NCBI GenBank assembly: GCA_964415065.1
Contig: CAYPYX010000005.1
Span: 1 to 55,816, forward strand
Source: an uncultured Rhizobium sp.
GTDB lineage: Bacteria; Bacteroidota; Bacteroidia; NS11-12g; UBA955
Reading direction: 5' to 3'
Length of the DNA: 55,816 bases
Shown: piece after piece, positions 1-9,115 of the stretch
Layout: each line of letters starts with the position of its first letter
Position numbering within the stretch: the first letter of the stretch is position 1
Program-made: the position numbers and the translations under genes
Notes under the pieces: model-generated
Seen by the model: only the letters and a program-made list of their open reading frames with translations
What the model was told of the DNA's origin: nothing
Database searches by the model: none

Positions 1-20
1 CCGCTATTTTTAAAATTCGT

Positions 21-2660
21 ATGGTTAAATCATTACCTAAACTTTTTCTACTTGTGTTTTTCTTCGGGGGATTGTTTTCCGCTGATTCATTGGGGCAAAC
101 CACGGGTAATCAAACAAATAACAATAAAATTATCACATCAGATACTCCTGAAATAGATCGAATTCAAGAGGTAAATATCAAGCAAAACCGACTCAAAGAA
201 AAGCTTAAAGAATCACCGTTAACGGTTGAAAGCATGTCGGCACAATCGATAAAAGAAACCCCCGCTTCGGATTTCTATGAAGCCTTGGGGCATTTAAAAG
301 GCGTAGATATTACCGCTGCTTCTCTGGGTTTTAGGATTGTAAATACCCGAGGATTTAACTCCACTTCACCGGTAAGAACCCTTCAAGTTATTGATGGTGT
401 TGATAATCAAAGTCCCGGACTTAATTTCTCTTTGGGGAACTTTTTAGGAGCTTCTGAATTAGACATTGCAGCTCAAGAAATTGTAGTAGGTGCAAGTTCT
501 GCCTATTATGGTCCAGGTGCATTCAATGGAGTCATAGCACTAACTACCAAAGATCCCTGGAAAACACCTGGATTTAGCTATAAATTCAAAGTAGGTGAAC
601 GTCAATTAATGGAAAACTCATTGCGGTATGCAAAAGTTTGGAAAGACAAGAAAAAGAGAGATTTAATTGCATTCAAAGGGAACTTTTATTACATGAAAGC
701 CTACGATTGGGAAGCAACCAACAGTGATCCAGTTTTTGAATCCAAGGCAAATAAAAACAATCCGGGTGGTTATGATGCTGTTAATCGCTATGGGGATGAA
801 GTATTACGTCCAGGTGAATTTGATCAAACTTCTATTTCGGGCATGTACCAAACACCAGGCTTAGGAAGGTATTTCAGAAATGGTTATTGGGAAAAAGACC
901 TAGTGGATTACAATACCTATAATCTTAAAAGTTCTGCAACTGTGGCGTTTAAACCATTTAACGATAAACAAAAAGAGTTCATTTTTCAGTCTAATTTCGG
1001 AATGGGAACCACGGTATACCAAGGCGATAATCGGTATAGCTTAAACGATATAAAATTCTTCCAAAATCGTCTAGAATTCAAACACAACAAAGGATTCATA
1101 CGAGTTTACAACACCTATGAAGACGCTGGAAATACGTACGACGCTGTATTTACTGCACTTCTCATGCAAGAAGCCACTAAAAAAGATGAATATTGGGGCG
1201 GGGATTACCAGAATTATTGGTTGAGCAAAATTGCAGGAAAAGTTAAAGCATTGCCTGGTTATCCTCAATTTTTCCCTGCCGACGATACTGCACTATTCAG
1301 AAAAATGGTGAATGAAGTTTTGTCTAAAAACCAAGATAAAATCCTCCAATGGCATCAAGAAACTCGTGATAAAGCTAATCAAGCAAAAAATTTCAAAGGT
1401 TTGCCTCATTTAGATCCCACTTATCAGCGTTTTGCGGAAGGAACAGAGCGTTTTGATTCATTGAAAAACGCCATAACATCAAAAAAGAGTTTCGGAGAAG
1501 GTGGTAGCGGTTTCTATGATAAAAGTGCTTTGTATAACATTCAAGCAGAACAACGTTTTACCCTGAAAAAATTGAATTTCTTTACCATTGGCGGAAGCGG
1601 ACGATTGTACACACCCAATTCAGCAGGTACTATTTTTTCAGATACCAACGGACGAACAATTCGAAACTTTGAATTTGGTGCCTACCTAGGTTACGAACGA
1701 AAGTTCATGAGAAACAAGTTAAAGCTAAACGCAACATTCCGTGCGGACAAAAATCAGAATTTTCCTATGGTGTATTCACCTGCTGCTTCCTTGGTTTACA
1801 CACCCAACAAGATTACGTACTATCGAATGTCTTTAAGTTCAGGGGTTAGAAATCCTACACTCGCTGATCAATATTTGTTTTATAATGTTGGACGTGCCAT
1901 TCTATTGGGAAATTTAAACGGGTATAAAAATTTGGTAACTCTGGAGTCATTAAATGATTATTTCTTGCAGGCATCACCTAGTTTATCTATGTTAAAATAT
2001 TTTGATGTAAAGCCTGTTGTGCCCGAAAAGGTAAAAAGCATCGAAATCGGATACAAATCCTTCTTATTAAGAAATAAGCTCAATTTAGATATCAGTGCGT
2101 ATTTCAGCATGTATGAGGACTTTATCGGATATAAGATTGGATATGATCCTCTTATCAGCACACAGTTTAACCGAATCATTGGGGGACAAGCTTACCGAGT
2201 TGCAACCAATGCTGAAACCACTGTAACTACCATGGGAACCTCAATTGGTCTGAATTACTTCTTTGGGGATAATTACACGGCTGGATTCAATTACAGTTTC
2301 AATCAACTAAACAAAACGGATAAAGAAGATCCCATTATTCCTGCTTTCAACACACCAAAAAACAAATTCAATGTGAGCCTGAGTGGTAGTAAAATCAAGT
2401 TATGGAAAATAGATCAATTGGCCTTCAGTATTAATTACAAATGGGTTCAAGGGTTTCTATTTGAAGGATCACCTCAATTTACGGGTGAAATTCAATCCTA
2501 TGGTCTGGTTGATTTGATGGTGGCGAAGGAAATCCCCAAATACCACATGCAAATTAAAACTGGCGGTTCCAACATTTTAAACAATCCAGTAATGCAAGTA
2601 TATGGTGGTCCTTACATCGGTAGAATGTTGTATTGCAGCTTCCTATTTGAGTTAAATTGA
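21..2660 (+). CDS. TonB-dependent outer-membrane receptor
   Basis: 879-aa ORF with signal peptide MVKSLPKLFLLVFFFGGLFSADSLGQ. Plug-like segment SMSAQSIKETPASDFYEALGHLKGVDI...IVNTRGFNS...QVIDGVDNQ. The long C-terminal region has amphipathic strand periodicity. Confidence 0.8.
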   Translation: MVKSLPKLFLLVFFFGGLFSADSLGQTTGNQTNNNKIITSDTPEIDRIQEVNIKQNRLKEKLKESPLTVESMSAQSIKETPASDFYEALGHLKGVDITAASLGFRIVNTRGFNSTSPVRTLQVIDGVDNQSPGLNFSLGNFLGASELDIAAQEIVVGASSAYYGPGAFNGVIALTTKDPWKTPGFSYKFKVGERQLMENSLRYAKVWKDKKKRDLIAFKGNFYYMKAYDWEATNSDPVFESKANKNNPGGYDAVNRYGDEVLRPGEFDQTSISGMYQTPGLGRYFRNGYWEKDLVDYNTYNLKSSATVAFKPFNDKQKEFIFQSNFGMGTTVYQGDNRYSLNDIKFFQNRLEFKHNKGFIRVYNTYEDAGNTYDAVFTALLMQEATKKDEYWGGDYQNYWLSKIAGKVKALPGYPQFFPADDTALFRKMVNEVLSKNQDKILQWHQETRDKANQAKNFKGLPHLDPTYQRFAEGTERFDSLKNAITSKKSFGEGGSGFYDKSALYNIQAEQRFTLKKLNFFTIGGSGRLYTPNSAGTIFSDTNGRTIRNFEFGAYLGYERKFMRNKLKLNATFRADKNQNFPMVYSPAASLVYTPNKITYYRMSLSSGVRNPTLADQYLFYNVGRAILLGNLNGYKNLVTLESLNDYFLQASPSLSMLKYFDVKPVVPEKVKSIEIGYKSFLLRNKLNLDISAYFSMYEDFIGYKIGYDPLISTQFNRIIGGQAYRVATNAETTVTTMGTSIGLNYFFGDNYTAGFNYSFNQLNKTDKEDPIIPAFNTPKNKFNVSLSGSKIKLWKIDQLAFSINYKWVQGFLFEGSPQFTGEIQSYGLVDLMVAKEIPKYHMQIKTGGSNILNNPVMQVYGGPYIGRMLYCSFLFELN

Positions 2661-2727
2661 ATCATTTTAAATTCCTGAATTACTTAGTTTTAAAATGTAA
2701 TAATGTATGAACATTGAAATAAATATT

Positions 2728-2735
2728 TACTTTTG
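2728..2735 (+). promoter_or_regulatory. putative Bacteroidota sigma-A -7 box TACTTTTG
   Basis: Exact TAnnTTTG match 22 nt upstream of ATG 2758. Confidence 0.5.
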
Positions 2736-2757
2736 AACCAAATAGAAATAACTAAAT

Positions 2758-4278
2758 ATGATGAAAAAACTACTTTTTGCGTCTGCTTTGATTTTGGGTT
2801 TCACCTCAATTAAAGCACAAAACATCCGTTTCGTTGACAACGTAGTGGATGCGAGTAAGATCTCTGTTACTAAAAACGTTACTTACGGTCAGAACTATAC
2901 CGTTTTGTATGGTGACATTGACACCACTAAACCTGGACCCCAGTTTATGCTGGAAACACTAAAAATGGATGTATATGAACCCAAAGATGGCTCTTCAAAT
3001 CGCCCATTAATAATTTATTTACACACGGGAAGTTTCCTTCCTCGTTATATTAACAACACCCCAACCGGTGCAAAAGACGATAGCGCTACTGTGGCTATGT
3101 GTATGGAATTTGCTAAAAAAGGATACGTAGTTGCTTCTATGGCTTACCGCCAAGGTTGGGATCCTCGTTCATTAGATGAAACCGTAAGAAGAGGTACTAT
3201 CATCAATGCCGCATACAAAGGTGTTCAAGATTTGAGCGGTTGTATTCGTTGGTTCAAAGAAAACGCAGCTAGTTTTGGAAATACATTCGGTATTGATACT
3301 ACTAAAATCTGTGCTGGTGGACAAGGAACAGGTTCTTACATCACTTCTGCATTTGCAAGTTTAGATCGTCAAGAAGAAATCAAAATCAACAAATTCAGAA
3401 ATCCTAACGACGGAACCGCATATGTTAATGACGCAGTTTGGGGCGATCGCATGGGTTATGGTGGATTACCAGGTTTTAACAATGTAAATACTCCAGGCAG
3501 AACTTCAAATGCACAAATGGTTTTTGCTATTGGTGGTGCTTTGGGAGATACTTCTTGGATGGAAAAAGGTGAACTTCCTATGTTGTGGTCACATTCAGTT
3601 TACGACCCATTTGCACCATACACTACTGGAATGGTTAATGTACCAGGTACCACATTACAAGTAGTTGAGGTTTCTGGTGGATACGATGTTATGAAACGTT
3701 GTGACGCTTTTGGAAATACAGCTCCGTTCAAAGGTAAAGTAATGGACGACTACACTCGTGCCATTAATGTTTTAAATGATGGTATCGATGGTTTGTATCC
3801 GATTGCTGGTATGCAAAATGCTTCGGGTCCTTACGAATGGTGGGATACTGCAGCCATCAAAATGTTGCCTAAGCAATATTATAATGTAGATGCAATTCTT
3901 GCAGGTGGTAAAGCAACTAATCCATTGATGAGCAAGAGCAGAGCTTATCTGTTTATTGATTCTTTGCAACGCTATTTCGCTCCTCGTATCGCTGTAACTT
4001 TAGGACTAGTTGATAAAGTAGGTATCGATAACATTAACTTAGCTACAAACGTAACTGTAGCTCCTAACCCAACTGAAGGTCGTTTAGTTCTTCATAATAA
4101 CTGGGAAAACAACAACTTAACACAGGCTACTATTTTGAACTTGAACGGACAAGTGGTTCAGAAATTAGTGGTTAATGGAAACCATAACGAATACCAATTG
4201 GAATTACCTGCCGGTATTTACATGATTTCTATGACATTTGAAAATGGTGTTGGATCTGCGAAATTGGTTGTTCGTTAA
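2758..4278 (+). CDS. secreted alpha/beta-hydrolase-fold (esterase/lipase-like) protein with T9SS C-terminal sorting domain
   Basis: Signal peptide MMKKLLFASALILGFTSIKAQ. Carboxylesterase/HSL-like blocks RPLIIYLHTGSF, MAYRQGW and IRWFKENAASFG..IDTTKICAGGQGTGSY. The C-terminal ~80 aa (VTVAPNPTEGRLVL...GIYMISMTFENGVGSAKLVVR) match the T9SS type-A CTD pattern. Confidence 0.65.
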   Translation: MMKKLLFASALILGFTSIKAQNIRFVDNVVDASKISVTKNVTYGQNYTVLYGDIDTTKPGPQFMLETLKMDVYEPKDGSSNRPLIIYLHTGSFLPRYINNTPTGAKDDSATVAMCMEFAKKGYVVASMAYRQGWDPRSLDETVRRGTIINAAYKGVQDLSGCIRWFKENAASFGNTFGIDTTKICAGGQGTGSYITSAFASLDRQEEIKINKFRNPNDGTAYVNDAVWGDRMGYGGLPGFNNVNTPGRTSNAQMVFAIGGALGDTSWMEKGELPMLWSHSVYDPFAPYTTGMVNVPGTTLQVVEVSGGYDVMKRCDAFGNTAPFKGKVMDDYTRAINVLNDGIDGLYPIAGMQNASGPYEWWDTAAIKMLPKQYYNVDAILAGGKATNPLMSKSRAYLFIDSLQRYFAPRIAVTLGLVDKVGIDNINLATNVTVAPNPTEGRLVLHNNWENNNLTQATILNLNGQVVQKLVVNGNHNEYQLELPAGIYMISMTFENGVGSAKLVVR

Positions 4279-4370
4279 TTGAATTAAAACATCATTACCT
4301 GGAGCTATTTTTGCTCCAAATCATAATATAGAATTTCGGTATTAATATACCCAAATTCAGATTTATTAAA

Positions 4371-4412
4371 AAAATAGAAGAAGCCCCGACAAGTCGGGGC
4401 TTCTTCTATTTT
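4371..4412. terminator. bidirectional intrinsic terminator hairpin
   Basis: Perfect 17-bp GC-cored stem ATAGAAGAAGCCCCGAC / GTCGGGGCTTCTTCTAT (4374-4390 / 4393-4409). It is flanked by A7 on the left and TTT on the right, so the longer U-tract belongs to the minus strand. Confidence 0.8.
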
Positions 4413-4432
4413 ACTCTTCAAGTTCCCGATTT

Positions 4433-4537
4433 TTACCCTAAATACTCGAATTCAAATCCACTAAATACTTCCACTTTATGTTCTTCCAATTCCTTACATC
4501 GTTTTTCAATATCGGGCAGTCTAATCACTTTAATCAT
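4433..4537 (-). CDS. possible 34-aa small ORF (MIKVIRLPDIEKRCKELEEHKVEVFSGFEFEYLG), absent from the ORF track
   Basis: ATG-to-TAA ORF found by reverse-complementing 4433-4537. It ends 21 nt before the hairpin, whose better U-tract faces this strand. I found no clear -7 box upstream. Confidence 0.2.
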   Translation of the reverse strand: MIKVIRLPDIEKRCKELEEHKVEVFSGFEFEYLG

Positions 4538-4552
4538 TTGATATAAATACCG

Positions 4553-4560
4553 TATTTTTG
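4553..4560 (+). promoter_or_regulatory. putative -7 box TATTTTTG
   Basis: TAnnTTTG match 29 nt upstream of the ileS ATG at 4590. Confidence 0.45.
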
Positions 4561-4589
4561 CAGTTTTATTCGTAAATCACTCGAAATCC

Positions 4590-7500
4590 ATGTATTCTAC
4601 ACGTTCACAACTGAATTGGCCAGAAATAGAAAATGAAATCCTCAAATTTTGGGAAGAGCATAATATTTTCCAAGAAAGTGTAAATCAACGACCAGCTTCA
4701 CAGTCGTTTACCTTCTTTGAAGGACCACCTTCTGCCAATGGAATGCCCGGTATCCATCACGTAATGGCTAGAGCTATGAAAGATATCTTTTGTCGCTACA
4801 AAACATTACAAGGGTTTCGAGTTGAACGTAAAGCGGGCTGGGATACTCATGGTTTACCCATTGAACTTCAAGTAGAAAAACGTTTAGGAATTCGAAAAGA
4901 GGATATTGGTGAAAAAATTTCTGTAGCCGACTATAATAAGGAATGTCGAACAGATGTACTTCTTTTCAAAGATAAATGGGATGAATTAACTCAAAGAATC
5001 GGCTTTTGGGTAGATCTAGAAAATCCATATATAACCTATGAGAATACGTATGTAGAAACCCTTTGGGCCTTATTAAAGAAGTTATACGATAAAGGATTCT
5101 TATACAAAGGATATACCATTCAGCCATATTCTCCTGCTGCTGGTACGGGTTTAAGTTCTCATGAATTAAATCAACCCGGTACATACCAGAATGTTAAAGA
5201 TACCACTATCGTTGCCCAATTCCAACGCGTTGATCAACCCGATGAATATTTCTTAGCTTGGACAACAACACCTTGGACTTTGCCATCAAATACGGCACTT
5301 GCGGTGGGTGCTAAAATCGACTATGAAACCATCGAAACATTTAATCCTTACACTGGTTCTCCGGTTAAAGTGATCATGGCCGCTGCATTGAAATCAAAAT
5401 ACTTCAGTGCGGATGCTGAAAATGGTGACTTCGAAAATTATAAACCAGGCGATAAAAACATCCCCTGGAAAGTCGTAAAAACTCAAAAAGGTTCTGAACT
5501 TGAAGGATTAAAATATCATCAATTGTTGCCATATGCTCAACCTGAAGATGGTGATGCATTTCGAGTAATTATTGGGGACTTTGTAAGTACGGAAGATGGT
5601 ACAGGTATTGTGCATATTGCTCCAAGTTTTGGTGCGGATGACTTCAGAACTGCCAAAGCCAATGGAATCGGTTCATTAACTTTAGTTGACAAAAAAGGCA
5701 AATTTGTTGAATCCGTTAAGGACTTTGCTGGTGAATATGTAAAAGAATCCTATTTAACCGAAGAGGAAAAAGCAGAAGAAACCAAAAAACAAGGTAGAGA
5801 CAAATATTTAAGTGTAGATGAACGTATTTCTATCAAGTTAAAAACGGAAAACAAGGCGTTTAAAGTTGAAAAATATGAACATACTTATCCGCATTGTTGG
5901 AGAACCGACAAACCCATATTGTACTATCCTTTAGAAAGCTGGTTCATTAAAACCACCGCTGTAAAGGATCGCTTAGTTGAACTAAATAAAACCATCAATT
6001 GGAAACCAAAAAGCACTGGAGAAGGACGATTCGGAAATTGGCTGGAAAACCTTGTTGATTGGAACTTAAGTCGTTCAAGATATTGGGGAACTCCTTTGCC
6101 GATTTGGAGAACCGATGACGGCACGGAAGAAATATGTATTGGCAGTATTGAACAATTATCTGCGGAAATTTTAAAAGCCAATGAAGTTCTAGGTTTAAAA
6201 CAAGATGCAACGCATTTAACCAATGATTTACATAGACCTTACGTCGACGAGATTACGTTGGTAAGCGCAACCGGTAAGCCGATGAAACGCGAATCTGATT
6301 TGATTGATGTATGGTTCGACAGTGGTGCTATGCCTTATGCTCAATGGCATTGGCCTTTTGAAAATCAAGATATTTTTGAGAAAAACTTCCCTGCAGATTT
6401 TATTGCGGAAGGAGTAGACCAAACTCGCGGTTGGTTCTTTACATTACACGCTTTGGGTGTAATGTTATTTGACCAAGTTGCGTTCAAAAATGTAATAGCG
6501 AATGGTTTAGTTCTGGATAAATTTGGCAATAAAATGAGTAAACGTCTAGGCAATGCTATTGATCCGTTTACAACTGTTAACAAATATGGTGCCGATGCTG
6601 TTCGTTGGTATATGGCAACCAACTCTCAACCTTGGGATAATTTAAAGTTCGATTTAGAAGGTGTTGCTGAAAGCCAACGTAAGTTCTTAGGTACGCTTTA
6701 TAATACCTATTCATTCTTTGCGATTTACGCAAATATTGATCAATACGTTTACAGTGAAGTTCATGAAATTCCACTTTCTGAAAGAACCGAATTGGATCTT
6801 TGGATTTTGAGTAAGCTAAATACATTGATTCAAGATGTAACCGAATCATTTGATGAATACGACCCAACTCGTGCTTCAAGAGCAATTGAGGAGTTTGTAG
6901 GCGAGCAATTAAGCAATTGGTTTGTTCGTTTATCGCGTCGTAGATTTTGGAAAGGTGAACTAAATACCGAAAAGCAAGCTGCTTACGATACTTTGTACAC
7001 TTGCTTAAATGAGATTTCTAAATTAATGTCGCCTGTTGCTCCCTTTTTCTCTGATTGGTTATATCGAGCAATCAACGCACCAAAAATTGCAACTTCAACT
7101 TTAGTAAAATCTGTTCACCTAGCAGACTGGCCTCAGGTACAACAAGATCAAATTGATGGGCTATTAGAACGTCAAATGGAACGAGCTCAACGCGTTTGTT
7201 CTTTGGTTTTATCTTTGAGGAAAAAAGAACGATTGAAAGTTCGTCAACCGCTTCAGAAAATCATTATTCCGGTATTATCAGAAGAAATGCAAAATGAATT
7301 GGTGCATGTAGAGAATATTATCAAGAGTGAAGTTAATATCAAAGAAATTGAGTATTTATCAGCCGACAATCAATTATTAGTTAAAAATATCAAACCCAAT
7401 TTTAAAACACTTGGTAAAAAATTGGGACAAAATATGAAGGCATTGTCTGAAGTAGTCTCCGCTTTCACTCAAGAACAAATTCGAAATATTGAATCCAATA

Positions 7501-7898
7501 AATCGATCGCGGTTTTGGTTAATGGAGCCGAATTTGAATTATTGCTTGAAGACGTAGAGTTAACAACTAAAGATATGCCCGGATGGACGGTAGCTAGTGA
7601 CGCGGATACCACCGTGGCCCTGGATCTTACCATCACGGACGACTTATTGATGGAAGGTATTGCGAGAGAGTTTGTTAACCGAGTTCAAAACCTCAGAAAA
7701 GAACTGGAATTTGAAGTAACTGATAGAATTTCAATCGATTTAAATGCAGAAGATTCAATCAAGAATGCAATAAAAACTTTTAACGATTATATTTGCAACG
7801 AAGTATTGGCCGACGAGATTAGGTTTGATGAAAGCATAACATCCCACGAAACGGATGTTTACGAAAAAGCCGTATTTTTGAAATTATCCAAAAAGTAA
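4590..7898 (+). CDS. ileS: isoleucine--tRNA ligase (long Bacteroidota/eukaryote-like type)
   Basis: 1102 aa. HIGH-type motif PSANGMPGIHHVMAR, KMSKS motif KMSKRLGN, and class Ia editing and anticodon-binding regions. Classic ileS-lspA neighbourhood. Confidence 0.95.
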   Translation: MYSTRSQLNWPEIENEILKFWEEHNIFQESVNQRPASQSFTFFEGPPSANGMPGIHHVMARAMKDIFCRYKTLQGFRVERKAGWDTHGLPIELQVEKRLGIRKEDIGEKISVADYNKECRTDVLLFKDKWDELTQRIGFWVDLENPYITYENTYVETLWALLKKLYDKGFLYKGYTIQPYSPAAGTGLSSHELNQPGTYQNVKDTTIVAQFQRVDQPDEYFLAWTTTPWTLPSNTALAVGAKIDYETIETFNPYTGSPVKVIMAAALKSKYFSADAENGDFENYKPGDKNIPWKVVKTQKGSELEGLKYHQLLPYAQPEDGDAFRVIIGDFVSTEDGTGIVHIAPSFGADDFRTAKANGIGSLTLVDKKGKFVESVKDFAGEYVKESYLTEEEKAEETKKQGRDKYLSVDERISIKLKTENKAFKVEKYEHTYPHCWRTDKPILYYPLESWFIKTTAVKDRLVELNKTINWKPKSTGEGRFGNWLENLVDWNLSRSRYWGTPLPIWRTDDGTEEICIGSIEQLSAEILKANEVLGLKQDATHLTNDLHRPYVDEITLVSATGKPMKRESDLIDVWFDSGAMPYAQWHWPFENQDIFEKNFPADFIAEGVDQTRGWFFTLHALGVMLFDQVAFKNVIANGLVLDKFGNKMSKRLGNAIDPFTTVNKYGADAVRWYMATNSQPWDNLKFDLEGVAESQRKFLGTLYNTYSFFAIYANIDQYVYSEVHEIPLSERTELDLWILSKLNTLIQDVTESFDEYDPTRASRAIEEFVGEQLSNWFVRLSRRRFWKGELNTEKQAAYDTLYTCLNEISKLMSPVAPFFSDWLYRAINAPKIATSTLVKSVHLADWPQVQQDQIDGLLERQMERAQRVCSLVLSLRKKERLKVRQPLQKIIIPVLSEEMQNELVHVENIIKSEVNIKEIEYLSADNQLLVKNIKPNFKTLGKKLGQNMKALSEVVSAFTQEQIRNIESNKSIAVLVNGAEFELLLEDVELTTKDMPGWTVASDADTTVALDLTITDDLLMEGIAREFVNRVQNLRKELEFEVTDRISIDLNAEDSIKNAIKTFNDYICNEVLADEIRFDESITSHETDVYEKAVFLKLSKK

Positions 7899-7924
7899 AC
7901 GAATATTACTCCTTCGATATTCGT
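7899..7924 (+). terminator. weak hairpin just after the ileS stop (attenuator or terminator candidate)
   Basis: ACGAATAT (7899-7906) pairs with ATATTCGT (7917-7924) around a 10-nt loop. It is AT-rich and has no strong U-tract. Confidence 0.3.
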
Positions 7925-7977
7925 CTTAATTTAGGACTTTAATCAAGAAAACCCACTAATACAGCGAAGAAGAAACC

Positions 7978-8355
7978 ATGGAAAAGGAAAAATCACGTTA
8001 CACGGATGAAGAATTAGAAGAGTTCAGAGAATTAATTCTTTCTAAACTTGACTCAGCTAAAAGCGAATTTAGAACCTTACAAGGCCAATTAAAAGATGGA
8101 AATGAAAACGGTACAGACTCCACAAACAACAACTATTTAACCTTAGATGATGGAGCGGATACCGCTGAAAAGGAGAATCTAAACCAACTTGCTGCTCACC
8201 AACTTAAATTTATTAAAAGTTTAGAGGCGGCTCTCGTACGAATTCAAAACAAAACATACGGTATTTGTAAAACAACTGGCAAATTAATTCCTAAGGAACG
8301 ATTGAAGTTGGTACCACATACCACTCAAACGGTAGAAGCCAAAACCAAACGATAA
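7978..8355 (+). CDS. DksA/TraR-family protein (Cys-poor variant)
   Basis: 125 aa with an acidic coiled-coil N-terminal part. The C-terminal YGICKTTGKLIPKERLKLVPHTT sits where the DksA zinc finger normally is. Located between ileS and lspA. Confidence 0.7.
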   Translation: MEKEKSRYTDEELEEFRELILSKLDSAKSEFRTLQGQLKDGNENGTDSTNNNYLTLDDGADTAEKENLNQLAAHQLKFIKSLEAALVRIQNKTYGICKTTGKLIPKERLKLVPHTTQTVEAKTKR

Positions 8356-8384
8356 ACTATTTTACCAACCAATAAAAGTCAGAA

Positions 8385-9059
8385 TTGAACTTGAATCGTG
8401 AACAAAAAAGGAATGCATACATTGCATTTTTGACTTTAGGTGCTTTGGTGCTCATTGACCAAGCCATAAAAATTTATGTAAAAACCCATTTTATCTATGG
8501 GGAATCGTACGACCTTTTTGGTAATTGGTTCAAGATTTACTTTATCGAAAACGAAGGCATGGCCTATGGCATGAAGCTGTTTGGAGGAGGTAAAATTGGG
8601 AAACTTATTCTAACTTTCTTCCGGATTTTTGTTTCTATTTTCGGGATTTTTTATTTACTCAAAGTAATCAAACAAAATCAACCCGTGCTTCTGACTATTT
8701 CGCTATCTATGGTTTTAGCTGGAGCTATCGGCAATATCATTGATTCCGTATTTTACGGAGTATATTTTGCTGATATAAACGGGTACATTGCTTCTTGGTT
8801 TCAAGGTAATGTAGTAGATATGTTCTATGCACCTTTGTGGGAAGGTGTTCTACCTGAATGGCTACCCATTTGGGGAGGTGAGCATTTCGTGTTTTTTGCA
8901 CCGATTTGGAACTTTGCGGATGCGTGTATTACCGTTGGGGTAGCAATTATGATTCTATTTCAAAAATCCTTCTCTTTGCCTTCTCCCTCCATCGTTTTTG
9001 AGAAAAAATCAAAACATACTGTTGAAAATTCCGTAGAAAATCAAACAAATATTGATTGA
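8385..9059 (+). CDS. lspA: lipoprotein signal peptidase II
   Basis: 224 aa and polytopic. LspA-like blocks [22 protein letters not shown] and [10 protein letters not shown] at 8385 is the first start after the in-frame stop at 8373. Confidence 0.85.
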   Translation: MNLNREQKRNAYIAFLTLGALVLIDQAIKIYVKTHFIYGESYDLFGNWFKIYFIENEGMAYGMKLFGGGKIGKLILTFFRIFVSIFGIFYLLKVIKQNQPVLLTISLSMVLAGAIGNIIDSVFYGVYFADINGYIASWFQGNVVDMFYAPLWEGVLPEWLPIWGGEHFVFFAPIWNFADACITVGVAIMILFQKSFSLPSPSIVFEKKSKHTVENSVENQTNID

Positions 9060-9096
9060 TTCGTCTAGAATCTCAAAAATTCCTGAACAAATCGGC

Positions 9097-9104
9097 TAAA
9101 TTTG
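9097..9104 (+). promoter_or_regulatory. putative -7 box TAAATTTG
   Basis: Exact TAnnTTTG 11 nt upstream of ATG 9116. It lies inside the 5' extension of the ORF-track model (9056). Confidence 0.5.
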
Positions 9105-9115
9105 CAGGAATTTCC

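Noticed and set aside
4966-6885. Several 60-100-aa antisense ORFs in the track inside ileS, and similar ones inside the TBDRs, uvrB, metH, bamA, the M1 genes and others.
   Set aside because: They lie entirely within long, motif-verified CDSs on the opposite strand. They have no promoter boxes and low-complexity or odd composition, which is typical of shadow ORFs in AT-rich DNA.
9056-9115. ORF-track 5' extensions of lysS (9056), the receptor (12621), the lipoproteins (14993; 43282), the OMP paralogue (35810), the CNNM protein (40907), DUF4197 (46933), rsmD (50290) and the DUF3822-like gene (50910).
   Set aside because: In most of these cases an exact TAnnTTTG box, the neighbouring gene, or both lie inside the extension. 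The downstream ATG gives a proper signal peptide or the family-typical N-terminus. For the DUF3822-like gene the extension starts at TTG and only an imperfect box (CAATTTTG) lies inside it. The longer models are most likely artefacts of longest-ORF calling.
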